A stretch of 14,217 nucleotides of DNA, from positions 1 through 14,217 of the forward strand of contig BAAFSQ010000254.1 in the NCBI GenBank assembly GCA_054661495.1. The letters run 5' to 3'. The notes below the pieces were generated by a model. That model searched no databases and was not told the DNA's origin. It saw only the letters and a list, made by a program, of their open reading frames with translations. The DNA is from Zygophlyctis sp. KS116. Taxonomy: Eukaryota > Fungi > Chytridiomycota. Shown piece by piece: positions 1 through 10,200 of the stretch; position 1 is the first letter of the stretch, and each line of letters opens with the position of its first letter. The position numbers were made by a program, and so were the translations under genes.

Positions 1-183
1 GCAGTCTCCAGAGCACTCATGGAACTCTCAATGTCTCTTAAACCTGCAGAGTTTGAAGTTCAGAATATTGAATTCATTGAAGAAGAACTTTTGGATAATT
101 TTAGGATTGATTCAAGATATTCCATGAATTACGAAAATGCCTTGAGCGCTCCAGCTTCTGCTCAGACGATTTCATATACTTGA
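1..183 (+). CDS. 3' end of an unidentified protein-coding gene (partial)
   Basis: Frame 1 is open from base 1 to TGA at 181-183 (AVSRALMELSMSLKPAEFEVQNIEFIEEELLDNFRIDSRYSMNYENALSAPASAQTISYT*). It converges on LYS1 with a 60-bp gap. No recognisable motif. Confidence 0.55.
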   Translation, partial: AVSRALMELSMSLKPAEFEVQNIEFIEEELLDNFRIDSRYSMNYENALSAPASAQTISYT

Positions 184-243
184 ATCTGCGTTGGGATCAG
201 TATAGATTCAAAAAAATTAAAATAACAATTGACATAGACTCTT

Positions 244-1417
244 TTAATCCGATTTAGACTCTAATACTTTTTTGTGAAATAGATCTTCTGCTCTCTTCCA
301 AACAGGATTCTTTTCCCAGTTATCTAATTTTTCTAGATATGGAAGTAAATCATTACAAAATGATTCCGATGCTTCTCTTGGTAAAAGCGTCGGCAAATGA
401 TCAATAGCCACTACATCTATTGACCCTCCATTCTTTACATCTACTACAACCGTTGGATCATCAAATGTAGTGCAAGAATTGTAAATTGGAACTTTAATTA
501 AAATAAAACCAGCTTACCAGGATTATTAGTATTATTTGGATCACAAGAAACATCCACTAGAACTGAAAGCTTTTTAGATGGACCATATTCTTTCAAAGAA
601 TCCAGAGTAATAAATGGCGGAATCGGTGATGACAAATATATGCAGTTTACAAATATATCATGTTCTAAAATTTCATTAAATGGACCACCTTTTGCAGTTT
701 CTTTCATATCCCAACCAGTCATTTGAGAATTATCTAGACCAACTGCTTTACCAAGATCAATTGCACCTCTACCACATCTACCCAAAGCTCCAATCACCAT
801 CATACTAGGAGATTTTCCATTTAAAGCTTGAACTTGACTTATTAGAGTCTTTATAGAAGCAATTAACTCTTTATCATTATCAAACGGTGTAATCTTTGAA
901 TACTTTAACCTAGACTTTAAATCTTTCCAAATTACTTTAATTCTTTTTCAGCCCATATTCTTAGGCCTAAAGCAGCACCAGCAAATCCAGCATAATATCC
1001 AAAAGCTGCAACTCTTCTTCCATTTTCATCCTGTAAAAATTCCAAATCCAATAAACGCCCTTTCCCACAATCAAATCTATCCAACATCTGTGTCCATCCA
1101 TCTTGACCTTTAAAACAATGACCAAAAAATATATGATCATGAGTAAGAGGCGAATCAGACTCTGGTAATTCCTTCAAGCCCAAAATAATTGTTCCAGGAG
1201 GAGCAACTGTCCAACCACCTTTTTTAGCTCTAATCACTTGAGAAGGATACTCTGAATCCTTAAAGATTGACGCATCTGAAACTTCCAAAACTATTTTAAA
1301 CCCTATTTCAATTAATTTCTGAGCGCCATTTGGAGTCAATGCAGTTCTCTTTTCGTCTATTGTTAAATCTTAAAAATTACTTGGTTTAGTCTCTGCTCTG
1401 AGCCATACAACAGTCAT
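244..1417 (-). CDS. LYS1: Saccharopine dehydrogenase (NAD+, L-lysine-forming), last step of the alpha-aminoadipate pathway
   Basis: The spliced protein starts MTVVWLRAETKPNEKRTALTP and contains GLKELPE, HIFFGHCFKGQ, DLEFL, RRVAAFGYYAGFAGAA, IGALGRCGRGA, DIFVNCIYL, DVSCDPNN and IDHLPTLLPREAS. Three GT-AG introns at 1357-1380 (24 nt), 910-935 (26) and 492-517 (26) join the ORF pieces. Stop TAA at 244-246. Confidence 0.96.
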
Positions 1418-1560
1418 ATTTCTTAAAAGTGTCAGGGTTCTTAACTATTGGACAGCAAAAGTAGGTCCAGGCGGCCAGTTATGTCAAATACGTTGGAGGT
1501 TTGTAAAGTGCCTCAGAGCCGAATTGCAAAAAATTGAAGTTATTTCTTCGATTTATTTGT

Positions 1561-2186
1561 TTAAGCGATCGAGATTGATGCAATATCTTTTTTCAATTCA
1601 TCAACATTAACGGATTGGGGATTGGGTGTTGAACGTTTTTTGAAATAGCAACAAAATATCGAATATTGTAAATCAGATCCGAAATTTAAAGACGGCAGAG
1701 TAACCCAAGGATAATTAGCGCTACATAGCTGTTGCACAAACATATTCAAATTCAATACTGTTGAGCGGCAATCAATAATCCCCCGTGGTTTTGTGATATT
1801 TAAAGCTCACCCGTGGAAACCAAATCTATATCTGGCGAAAAATTGATACTCAATGCATCGCCAAATAAATATGAGATACAAAGTTTGATAAGTGTATTTG
1901 ATATCAATCTTGTTTCATAGGCTCCATTGGAGCTTAAAAGCTTTCAATCTTCTCCAAATCGACAGTTTTCAATCATTTTTGTTAAAGACCATCAACCACT
2001 TGTATTGGACCGCCTATTGTAAAAAATACCCAGAATTATTGTTATTATTTGTTCCATTAATGTTTATCAAGGTGCCACATTCAGGGTTACCGTGGTAGTA
2101 GTTTATATCAATACAACTCCACCTTCATAATTCTTGATGCAAGTTTGAAGTTTGAAATACATCAAAAGTAATAATCCTGAAATCAT
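1561..2186 (-). pseudogene. Possible degraded gene relic (disrupted reading frames; faint aspartic-protease-like words)
   Basis: Lies in the only long intergenic gap (1418-2280). Minus-strand protein-like fragments occur in shifting frames (DINYYHGNPECGTLI; SYLFGDALSINFSPDIDLVSTGEL; PRGIIDCRSTVLNL...LPSLNFGSDLQYSI) and cannot be joined with normal-sized introns. One intron-like 28-nt GT..AG at 2133-2160. Confidence 0.25.
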
Positions 2187-2223
2187 GCCAATCCTTTTTT
2201 AAAATTCTAATAAACAATACCAA

Positions 2224-2248
2224 GTCTAGTGAGCATGTCTAGTGAGCA
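2224..2248. repeat. Tandem duplication of GTCTAGTGAGCA upstream of LSM6
   Basis: gtctagtgagca-t-gtctagtgagca, with a further gtctagt at 2261-2267. Confidence 0.8.
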
Positions 2249-2280
2249 AGTCAACAGTAGGTCTAGTTCTAAAAAAGTAA

Positions 2281-2539
2281 ATGGCTGATAGAAAAAACCC
2301 ATCAGACTTTCTTTCATCATCTATTGGATCGTCAGTGATTGTACGACTATACTCTGGAATAGATTATCATGGAAAGCTAACATGTCTTGATGGATATTTA
2401 AATATAGCCTTGGAAAATTGTTCTGAAGTTACCAATGGGAATACTACTGGACCTAAATTGGGAGATACTTTTATTAGAGGAAATAATGGTGATTTCTTTC
2501 TATTAATGCATAGTATTATATATTTCAAAAGCATCTTAG
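2281..2539 (+). CDS. LSM6: U6 snRNA-associated Sm-like protein LSm6
   Basis: PSDFL...V.VRL.SGIDY.GKL.CLDGYLNIALE...GDTFIRGNN. Removing the 25-nt intron 2489-2513 restores the canonical FIRGNNVLYIS end. Stop TAG at 2537-2539. Confidence 0.92.
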
Positions 2540-2649
2540 ACTAATAGAGCGTCAACAATTAAACTAAAAACTAAAAATAATAATACTTATGATCAATATT
2601 AAATATCACAATTGAAGTAGAATTGTTGATTTTTTCTTGTTTTAGCGTG

Positions 2650-5600
2650 ATGTCTCAAGAGTTTCATGCGTATTATTCTTCTACACTGCCCAGGACTATT
2701 ATTATTAAATCTACAAACAAATTAAATAAAATGGCATTGGTTTTTGAGACTGTAGAAAATGGTTCTAAAGTCTCTGCTAGATTTCAACCAACAGCAACTC
2801 TAGATTCAGATATTTCTAGCAAGTTATCAGTTAAACCAGTCTATGGTGTTATTGGTGTTGTTCAGATTGATAGAGGTATTTAATCATAGTTAAGTCTAGA
2901 TTTCTTTCTTGGACTAGTTACGGAAGCAACGGCTATTGGGAATATGGCAAGATTAGTTAAAAAAGTTGCATTTTATTCTTGTTTAAGCTCTAAATATGAT
3001 TTTATAGCAGAAGAAGAAGGTTATGACTCTAAAAAATCAGAAGAAGAAGGATTTTTACATCCTTGCGCATTACTGATTAAATTATTATGTCAAGGATCAT
3101 TTTATTTCTCTGATGGTCCGAATATAACTAGATCAATGCAATATAGACTATTAAATCCTGCAGTAGGGGCTAATTTGGATCAAGGGGATTCACATTTTAT
3201 ATGGAATCAGAATTTTTTAACGGATTTGATTAGAGTAAAATTCCTTGAAATAATGTGTAGATACGGAATACAGAATTATCTGAAACGGAATTAGAGTCTT
3301 TAGACTCTAGTGGAATGTTACTGACTTTAATACAAGGATATGTTGGTCTTTCAACTACAAAATTAAGAGGTGAAAAGGTTAATTTGGTTGTGATTTCTCG
3401 TTTAAGTTGTAAAAGGGCTGGGACTCGGTTTAATGCTAGGGGTACAGATGATGATGGGAACGCTTCGAATTTTGTAGAGGTGATTTAATATTTCTTAATT
3501 ATAGACTGAATTTAGTATGATTGGGAAGGATTTTAGTTGGTCTTTTGTTCAAATTAGAGGTTCTATTCCTTGTATATTATGATTTTTGTAATAAATTAGT
3601 GTTTTGGGAACAGACTGGACTGCAAGTTACTCATAAAATTACAATTTCTAGAGGTATGGAGGCGGCTTTTCCTGCTTTTAGGAAACATTTTCAGGAATTA
3701 ATTTCACGATATTCTCATGTTCATGTTGTTAATCTTTTAAGTCAAAAAGATACGTCTGGAGAGTATCATTTAGGTGATATATTTAGGCAAGCTGTATCAA
3801 AGCTGGCTGTCGAGACTGATAAAATTGAATATACTTCGTTTGATTATCATGCAGTCGTTGGAAGAGATGGTTATGGTCGGGTAAGCTATATCTATGCTTA
3901 ATCATCATAGCTGAATGATTTAAATAACTTAATAACTGATGATATTGATATTTATCTCTATTATTATCACAGGAATGATAAAAATCAGACATTATTACAA
4001 AAGGGCATTTTTAGGACAAATTGCTTGGATTGTTTAGATCGTACTGTATTTTATTTTCAATCATTTGCATAGAATGTTGTCCAGTCATATATTGCTAAAT
4101 CGGTAATGCTCAGATTTTTAAAAACTAATGACTTGGGTCCTTTTGCGATCGAAGAAGAAACGTTTTTAGGAGTTGTAAACACGTTGTGGGCAGATGTAAT
4201 CTTTCATGAATTTATAAATATAGAGTGGTGATTGGCTTAGCAGGATTTATGGTTTACATTTAAAATTTCTAATATTTAGCTGGCACTGGTGCTTTAAAGT
4301 CATCTTATACAAGAAGTGGAAAGCAGAGTGTTATGGGATTTTTAGATGATGCTGCTAAAACAGCTACTAGATTTTATATGAATAATTTCGCTGATAAAAC
4401 TAGACAGGAAGCGATTGACCTTTTACTTGGAAAGGTTGTACGAACATCGCCTTTGCTCAGGAGAAGTTTTGTTCATGAATTCGTTCATCGTGAACTTTTA
4501 AATAGGTATTTTTATATTTGTGATTATTTTAGAATTTCAGAATATTCTTCTTCACAAACTGCCAACATTATAATAGGAACATGGAATGTTAATGGCAAAT
4601 TTTCAACTTTAGAAAATATAGATTCTTGGATTATGTTGAATAGTGCCAAAAACCCACATATGTATGTCATTGGGATCCAGGAATTGATTGAGCTTTCACC
4701 TGGTGCTGTAAGATATTTTGAAATTTATTAATTTAGTACATAACTTCTGATACGGATAAAATTATGCAAAATTGGGAGAATTTCCTTTTGAGTGCAATTA
4801 ACTGGCGCTCTGAACAGCGCTACATTGTACTTCGATCATTGAATCTTGTGGCTTTGGGTCTATTTATTTTTGTCAGGACGGATTCGATCTTGGCTATCCG
4901 AAATGTACAAACTTCTCAAGTAAAGACTGGTCTTGGAGGAATGGCTGCTAATAAGGGTATACTCTCCACTTTCTAACCTAATGAACAGGTGGTATTGGTG
5001 TTAGCTTAAATTTTTACGATACTTCTCTTCTATTTATTACTGCACATTTTGCTGCTGGAACTTCGGCAGTTGCTGATAGAAATCAAGACTATCATACAAT
5101 AAACTCTGGGTTAGTTTATAAAGCCAAATCAATTGAAGATCATGAGTAAAATTTTCTTTAATTTTTACTCACACATAGTGCTATTTTTTGGCTTGGAGAT
5201 TTCAACTATCGCCTAAATCTCCCAAATGATGAAGTTCGTGCACTCATATCTAAGAGAAAGTCTTCGTTTTTAACCCAGTATGACCAGGTAATTTTCCTTT
5301 TTTAATTTCTAAAGTTAAATGAGTCTCGCCTCAAGGGATTATGTTTTGGAGGCTATGAAGAAGGAGAAATAAATTTTGATCCAACCTATAAATATGACAA
5401 TGGATCGTCTGCATATGATTCAAGGTAGTTTACCAGAAAGATTTAACACTTAGTGAAAAATCAAGAATACCATCTTGGACAGACAGAATTTTATTCAAAG
5501 GAAATCATGTAATTATTCCTCAAAATAATTCTAGATTAATCTTTTGGACTATGGGAGAGGAGAATGTACTCTTTCAGATCATAGGCCAGTTCGAGGAATA

Positions 5601-5924
5601 TTTGAAATCAAAGTAATCATTATTGATCAAACTACCCGAGATGCTCTCCGAACTCAACTATACCAATTAAAGAATAAGCCTTTAACGAAACCAGCTCTTC
5701 CAGCAAGACCAAAGAATGTAATGAATGCAAAACCAGCGCCCCCTCCTGCAGACCCGATACTTATAGACCTATCGGACAAAGTCGAACCAGATTTACTCTT
5801 GTCTGATGGTATTTCCAGGAATCCCTTTTTACAGCAAAATGATATCAGTACATGGAAGCCTTTAGAGCCTGCACGTTCCAAGCTCCCAGAAATGAATTCA
5901 CTAAATCCTTTTAGGAATGATTAA
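2650..5924 (+). CDS. Synaptojanin-like polyphosphoinositide phosphatase (Sac1 domain + inositol 5-phosphatase domain + proline-rich tail; Inp52/Inp53 type)
   Basis: Sac1 motifs SRLSCKRAGTRFNARG.DDDGN.SNFVETE, RGSIPLFWEQ, catalytic RTNCLDCLDRTN and YAGTGAL. 5-phosphatase motifs GTWNVNG, GIQELIEL, GLGGMAANKGG, FWLGDFNYR, PTYKYD, PSWTDRIL and SDHRPV. 15 introns: 2876-2899, 3235-3260, 3480-3504, 3572-3599, 3881-3910, 4046-4072, 4196-4223, 4252-4279, 4506-4532, 4708-4736, 4957-4988, 5146-5178, 5288-5314, 5425-5453, 5509-5534. Confidence 0.94.
4224..4251 (+). other. 28-nt micro-exon of the synaptojanin-like gene
   Basis: Encodes SGDWLSRIY of the conserved Sac1 segment LWAD.GD.LS.IYAGTGAL. Flanked by 28-nt introns 4196-4223 and 4252-4279. 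Confidence 0.85.
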
Positions 5925-5997
5925 AAAGAGTATCATTTAAATTGAGTATTATAGCTCCTACTATAAAGTCCTAACTTGTGCCCTCATTGCCTTTCAA

Positions 5998-6666
5998 ATG
6001 TCAAAGCGTGCAAAACCACTTTCCTTTGAAGAGAAGCGTAAAAGACTTTTAGAGCTCTTTTACGAGACAAAGGAATTCTGGACTTTGAAAGAAATAGAAA
6101 AAATGGGATCAAAACAAAAAGGAATTGTATTACAATCTATAAAAGAGATTTTAGACTCTCTAGTGTCCGATAATCTTGTAACATGTGAAAAAATAGGAAC
6201 AAGTATATTATAAATTATTAAAAAAAAAGGTAATTATTTCTGGTCCTTTCCTTCGCAGTCTGGTGTAGTTCGTCAGACTGCAATTCAAAACCTAAACACT
6301 GATCTCAAAAGCTTAAATTCTAAAAAAGAGAATTTTATCAGTAAAATCTCTTTGGAGTCAAAGCTCCGTTCAGAGTCTGATCGTGAAGCAAAGGTGGAAA
6401 AACATGCCTTCTTGCTTAAAAAAGTACACGATTTGAAAACTGTTTTAGAAGAATACAAGGATCGTGATCCAGCAACTTTGGAAAAAAAGAAGGTTGCAGC
6501 TAAAATTGCAAAGGATGCTGGGAATAGATGGACAGGTTTTTAATTTTTTTAATAATTTATAGATAATATTTTTATACTACAAAGTTACTGTTCCAACAAA
6601 TTTAATATGCCTTTTAGTTCATTTTGTTCACAGTTTAATGTTCCTCAGGATTTGGATACTCTCTAG
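5998..6666 (+). CDS. MND1: Meiotic nuclear division protein 1 (Hop2-Mnd1 complex)
   Basis: LS.EEKR.R.LELFYETKEF..LKEIEK...K.KGIV.QSIKEIL.SLV.DNLV..EKIGTSNYFWSFPS and C-terminal NRWTDNIF.L. Introns 6203-6229 and 6536-6562 (27 nt each). Stop TAG at 6664-6666. Confidence 0.95.
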
Positions 6667-6730
6667 TCTAAAAATAAACTAAACATCATCTTTATACTTG
6701 TAGGTTTATTTGATGTAAACCCTAAAAGTA

Positions 6731-7226
6731 ATGCAAGAATCAACGCCTGAACAAAAAGCAATTCAACAAGTTATTGAATCATGTCCGGGTAAAACAGTAC
6801 TTTCATCGGTCGCTGGATTTGCATTTGGAGGTTTATTTGGAATGTTTATGTCTTCGATCGATTGGCAGTCGACAACTGAGGAATTTCAGTCGAAAAGTAC
6901 AAAAGAACAGATCAAAATCACTCTTAAAGATATGGGGCAGAAATCATTTTCTAATGCAAAGAATTTCATGATTGTTGCTGCATTGTTCTCGGGAACAGAA
7001 TGTATTATTGAAAGTGTATTTTTCTATTTTTGATTGGGTAGTATAGAGCTAAAAATGATATTTGGAATGGAGTGTCGGCTGGTTGCATTACTGGTGGTGC
7101 TCTAGCTGCAAAGGCAGGACCAAAAGCAATGGTAATATATTTAAGCGATTAATCTAAAAGGTTGGAGGTTGTGTCGGATTCGCTGCTTTTTCTGCTGCTA
7201 TAGACTACTTTATGAGACAGCCTTAA
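6731..7226 (+). CDS. TIM22: Mitochondrial inner membrane import translocase subunit Tim22
   Basis: [76 protein letters not shown]. Introns 7016-7041 (26 nt) and 7132-7160 (29 nt). Stop TAA at 7224-7226. Confidence 0.95.
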
Positions 7227-10200
7227 AGTGATAATTCAGTCTCTTCAATGAAATTAGAGATTGTGTTTGATACTGGTAAAGGTAACCAGAACATGGGTTG
7301 AAATGGATCATGACATTTCTTTATATTTAATTGAATTTTTATTACCTCATAAAAGAGTTGTGTCCAGACAAATACCTTTTCGCCATCGAGGTCCTTTTCC
7401 TGAGCGTATATTAGAGATTTGGTACAATACTTGTTATTATATATATTAAAGTTACATTAATGAATTCAGAGATGTATTCTTTTCGAGATTTCATGAAATA
7501 CAATGCACAGCACATCAGCCATTCAGCATTCTGAGTGCAAATCTTATCATCAGACATATGAATGAGAACAAGGCACGCAAAAAGGATGGGAATTTCCTTG
7601 TTTGTTTCTATAGTCATTATGTACATTAAATACCATTGATCTCTGGTAATGTACAGTTTAATTTGGATAATAGCATTACTCTGAAGCCAAATTGGTTTAT
7701 AGATGCCATGAATTCTTTGACCCCCTTTAGTCTTTTTAAATGATCAAGAGTAGAATCATCTATCCAGTCACTGGATATTCTGGCCAGAGACTCAAAGTTT
7801 ATAGATATAAAATGCTAATAATTCATCATAAAGATTAGGTACCTGGATCTGGATCAAAAACTCTTGTTTAATCCAATTATTCTTGAAGAATTCAACTCCC
7901 TGATAACCAATAAGCTTTTTTAAACAGCTTAGATCGTTTTGGTTCACAAATAAGTGGAGTGAAATATTGATTGGTTCCGGGAGACTAGAATAACTTTTTT
8001 TGAATAAGAAGAAAGATACAATTCAAAGAATCCTGCCAGAAGTGAGTATGAATCAGAATTATTTTTGAAGTTTAGAGCATGGGCCCTGATCTTTATCGGA
8101 TTAAAAAATACCGTAGAGGAGAAACTGATTCTTGCAGCACTTCCTGTATAAAAGGCGAGGATAATATTCCCACTAAACGTTAAGTCCCTACTAAATCATA
8201 CAGGAAAGAACATATCGATAAAAACTAGAGAGATACGTCTTAATCTTTAGCGAAAGAACAGAGGGTCTATCAATTATAGCCGAGGACGAAATATTTAGAC
8301 AGCCACGTAAAAAACTAGATAACGATTAGCTCAATCAATATACCTTTTCAGTTTTTCTCGCATAGATTCAGCAAAGTAGATACCAGGTTTAATGACCGAA
8401 TTGGAAATTGAAATAGCTTCATTTTTCAATAGAATAGAGATGAGACATCCAAGACAAGCCTGCCATTCTACCAAACTTTGATATGAATTAAAAGAATTAA
8501 ATTACTTTTTTAGGATAGAAGCCTCTGTTCCAGTTTTAAAACTACTTTCCCATCCCGGTCTCTTTAGCACAACTTTCACGTCCTTTTTGGTTTTCTTACT
8601 TTTAAGAGGTTCTTGCGGCCTTGCGAAAAACTGAATGCTATTTTCTGGCAAAAACTGTAAAGAATGATCGACTTGAGCTTTGCATACTTGATCCATATAA
8701 TAAGAAGCAACTTTTCCTATTAGAGAATACATCTCAAGTGCAAACTGGCAAGTCTTTCCAACAATCAAATTGAACTATTCCATAAAATCTTTAATTTTTA
8801 CCTCTTCTGGCCAAGAAGACGATGCATTAAGAGTAAATACTTGTAAAATAGTTCCCAAGCATTCCAGGTGTCTTATAACATCAGAGTCTTGACCTTCTAA
8901 AACCAAAAAGGCATGCTCTTTAATTTGTGGTAAGAAATAAAACAGCTCTTGCAAGCTTGAAAAAGATTTCATTTGACTGTCATATGAATCAACTATGCTA
9001 GAAAGCTCCAATATTTCAGTCATTATAGGTACTATTTCCAAGTATAAGGGATCACTTATAAGACCTGCAGAAAGAGAAGCCAATCCTTGAAATCTCTGCC
9101 AATTTATCCTCAAAGCCTTTAAATTAAATAACTATAATCATACCGTAAAGTCTATTTGAATATCACCCACATGTGAAATAGAATCCAAAGCTCGCCAAAT
9201 CTCCTGTAAAAGCGTCCCCCAAGAGCTTTTACTTAGTCGACTTGTTTCAATAAAGGTAGAAATCAAATTTGAACAAATCATACATGGTTCTTTCAACTTT
9301 ATCTTTTGCCTAGAGATAATTCCTTATTTCAGATAGAAAAACTATACCATTTTTACTTTTTTTGAATTGATTTCCTATCGAGATCGTAAGACTTAAAAGT
9401 TCAAATGTATTCAAGTCCAAATCCAATTTTTTGGATTTTATCTTATCCATATAAACTTGATTACTATTCCTAAAATACCATAAAATTTCATTCTTTGCCA
9501 TTAGTAGAGCATTCACCACTATTGAAAAATTATTTTCCAATATTTGATCAAATTGACACAAATTATAAATTTGCCGTAATTGGAATCTTAAATAATTTCT
9601 TCTTTCAGCATGAAATACCCAACAAGATTGAAAATTACTTGGAGCATTGATAAAAACAGACTTGATTTTTGAAAGATATTTAGCGTCTAGTAAATTGAGT
9701 AAATCCATTGATTCTGATCTAAAAAGTGAGACTGAATTCCCAAAATTCAATATATTTTTAAGAGATGATAATAGCAGAGTCTGTTTTAAATTTTCAACTG
9801 GTAATATTATCATTGAGAGCAATAAAGTTTTGTAAATGGTATCAGAGTTTCCTAAATTATTGAGAAATTTCGTATTTAAGTCTGAGAATTTTTGATTTGA
9901 ATCCTGAACCAAATTAAAAATCCCAGTTTTCCTCATTTCATGCGCAGAAATCAGAATTTGATCCAAATCAGTTACCGATTCCAGTATCAATGGTACAATT
10001 TTTGGTAAAATATTTTCAAAAGTATCCAACAAGACTTGATGTGGCCCATCTAGTCTCAAAAAGAGTTTTGTGACACGAGCCAAATTTGTCGCGATTTCAT
10101 CTCTTTGAGTTATCTGATTTTGATCTAAAAACTGACTATAAACCACTGAAACCACTTTTAATTCAGATTTTATACTAGCCAGAAAATATATTATAGAAGA

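Noticed and set aside
1420-1560. snRNA or riboswitch upstream of LYS1 (Sm-like AATTTTTTG on the minus strand, small hairpin)
   Set aside because: I found no U1, U2, U4, U5, U6 or TPP signature sequences; the Sm-like run is common in AT-rich DNA.
1892-2098. 68-aa plus-strand ORF in the LYS1-LSM6 gap
   Set aside because: GTG start, no motif, and a length expected by chance.
3783-3992. 69-aa antisense ORF
   Set aside because: Shadow of the synaptojanin Sac1 exons; no independent support.
5654-5881. 75-aa Gly-rich antisense ORF
   Set aside because: Mirror image of the proline-rich synaptojanin tail.
6774-6971. Alternative-frame ORF within TIM22
   Set aside because: Out-of-frame overlap with a well-conserved gene; non-ATG start and no motif.
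7261-7449. 62-aa plus-strand ORF after TIM22
   Set aside because: Antisense to the NCKAP1 terminal exons; TTG start.
9647-9835. Antisense ORFs at 9647-9835 and 11539-11724
   Set aside because: Short shadows of NCKAP1 and the SDR gene.
10155-10175. Possible 21-nt GT..AAG intron in NCKAP1
   Set aside because: The frame is open without it and it is below the smallest required intron (24 nt); not counted.
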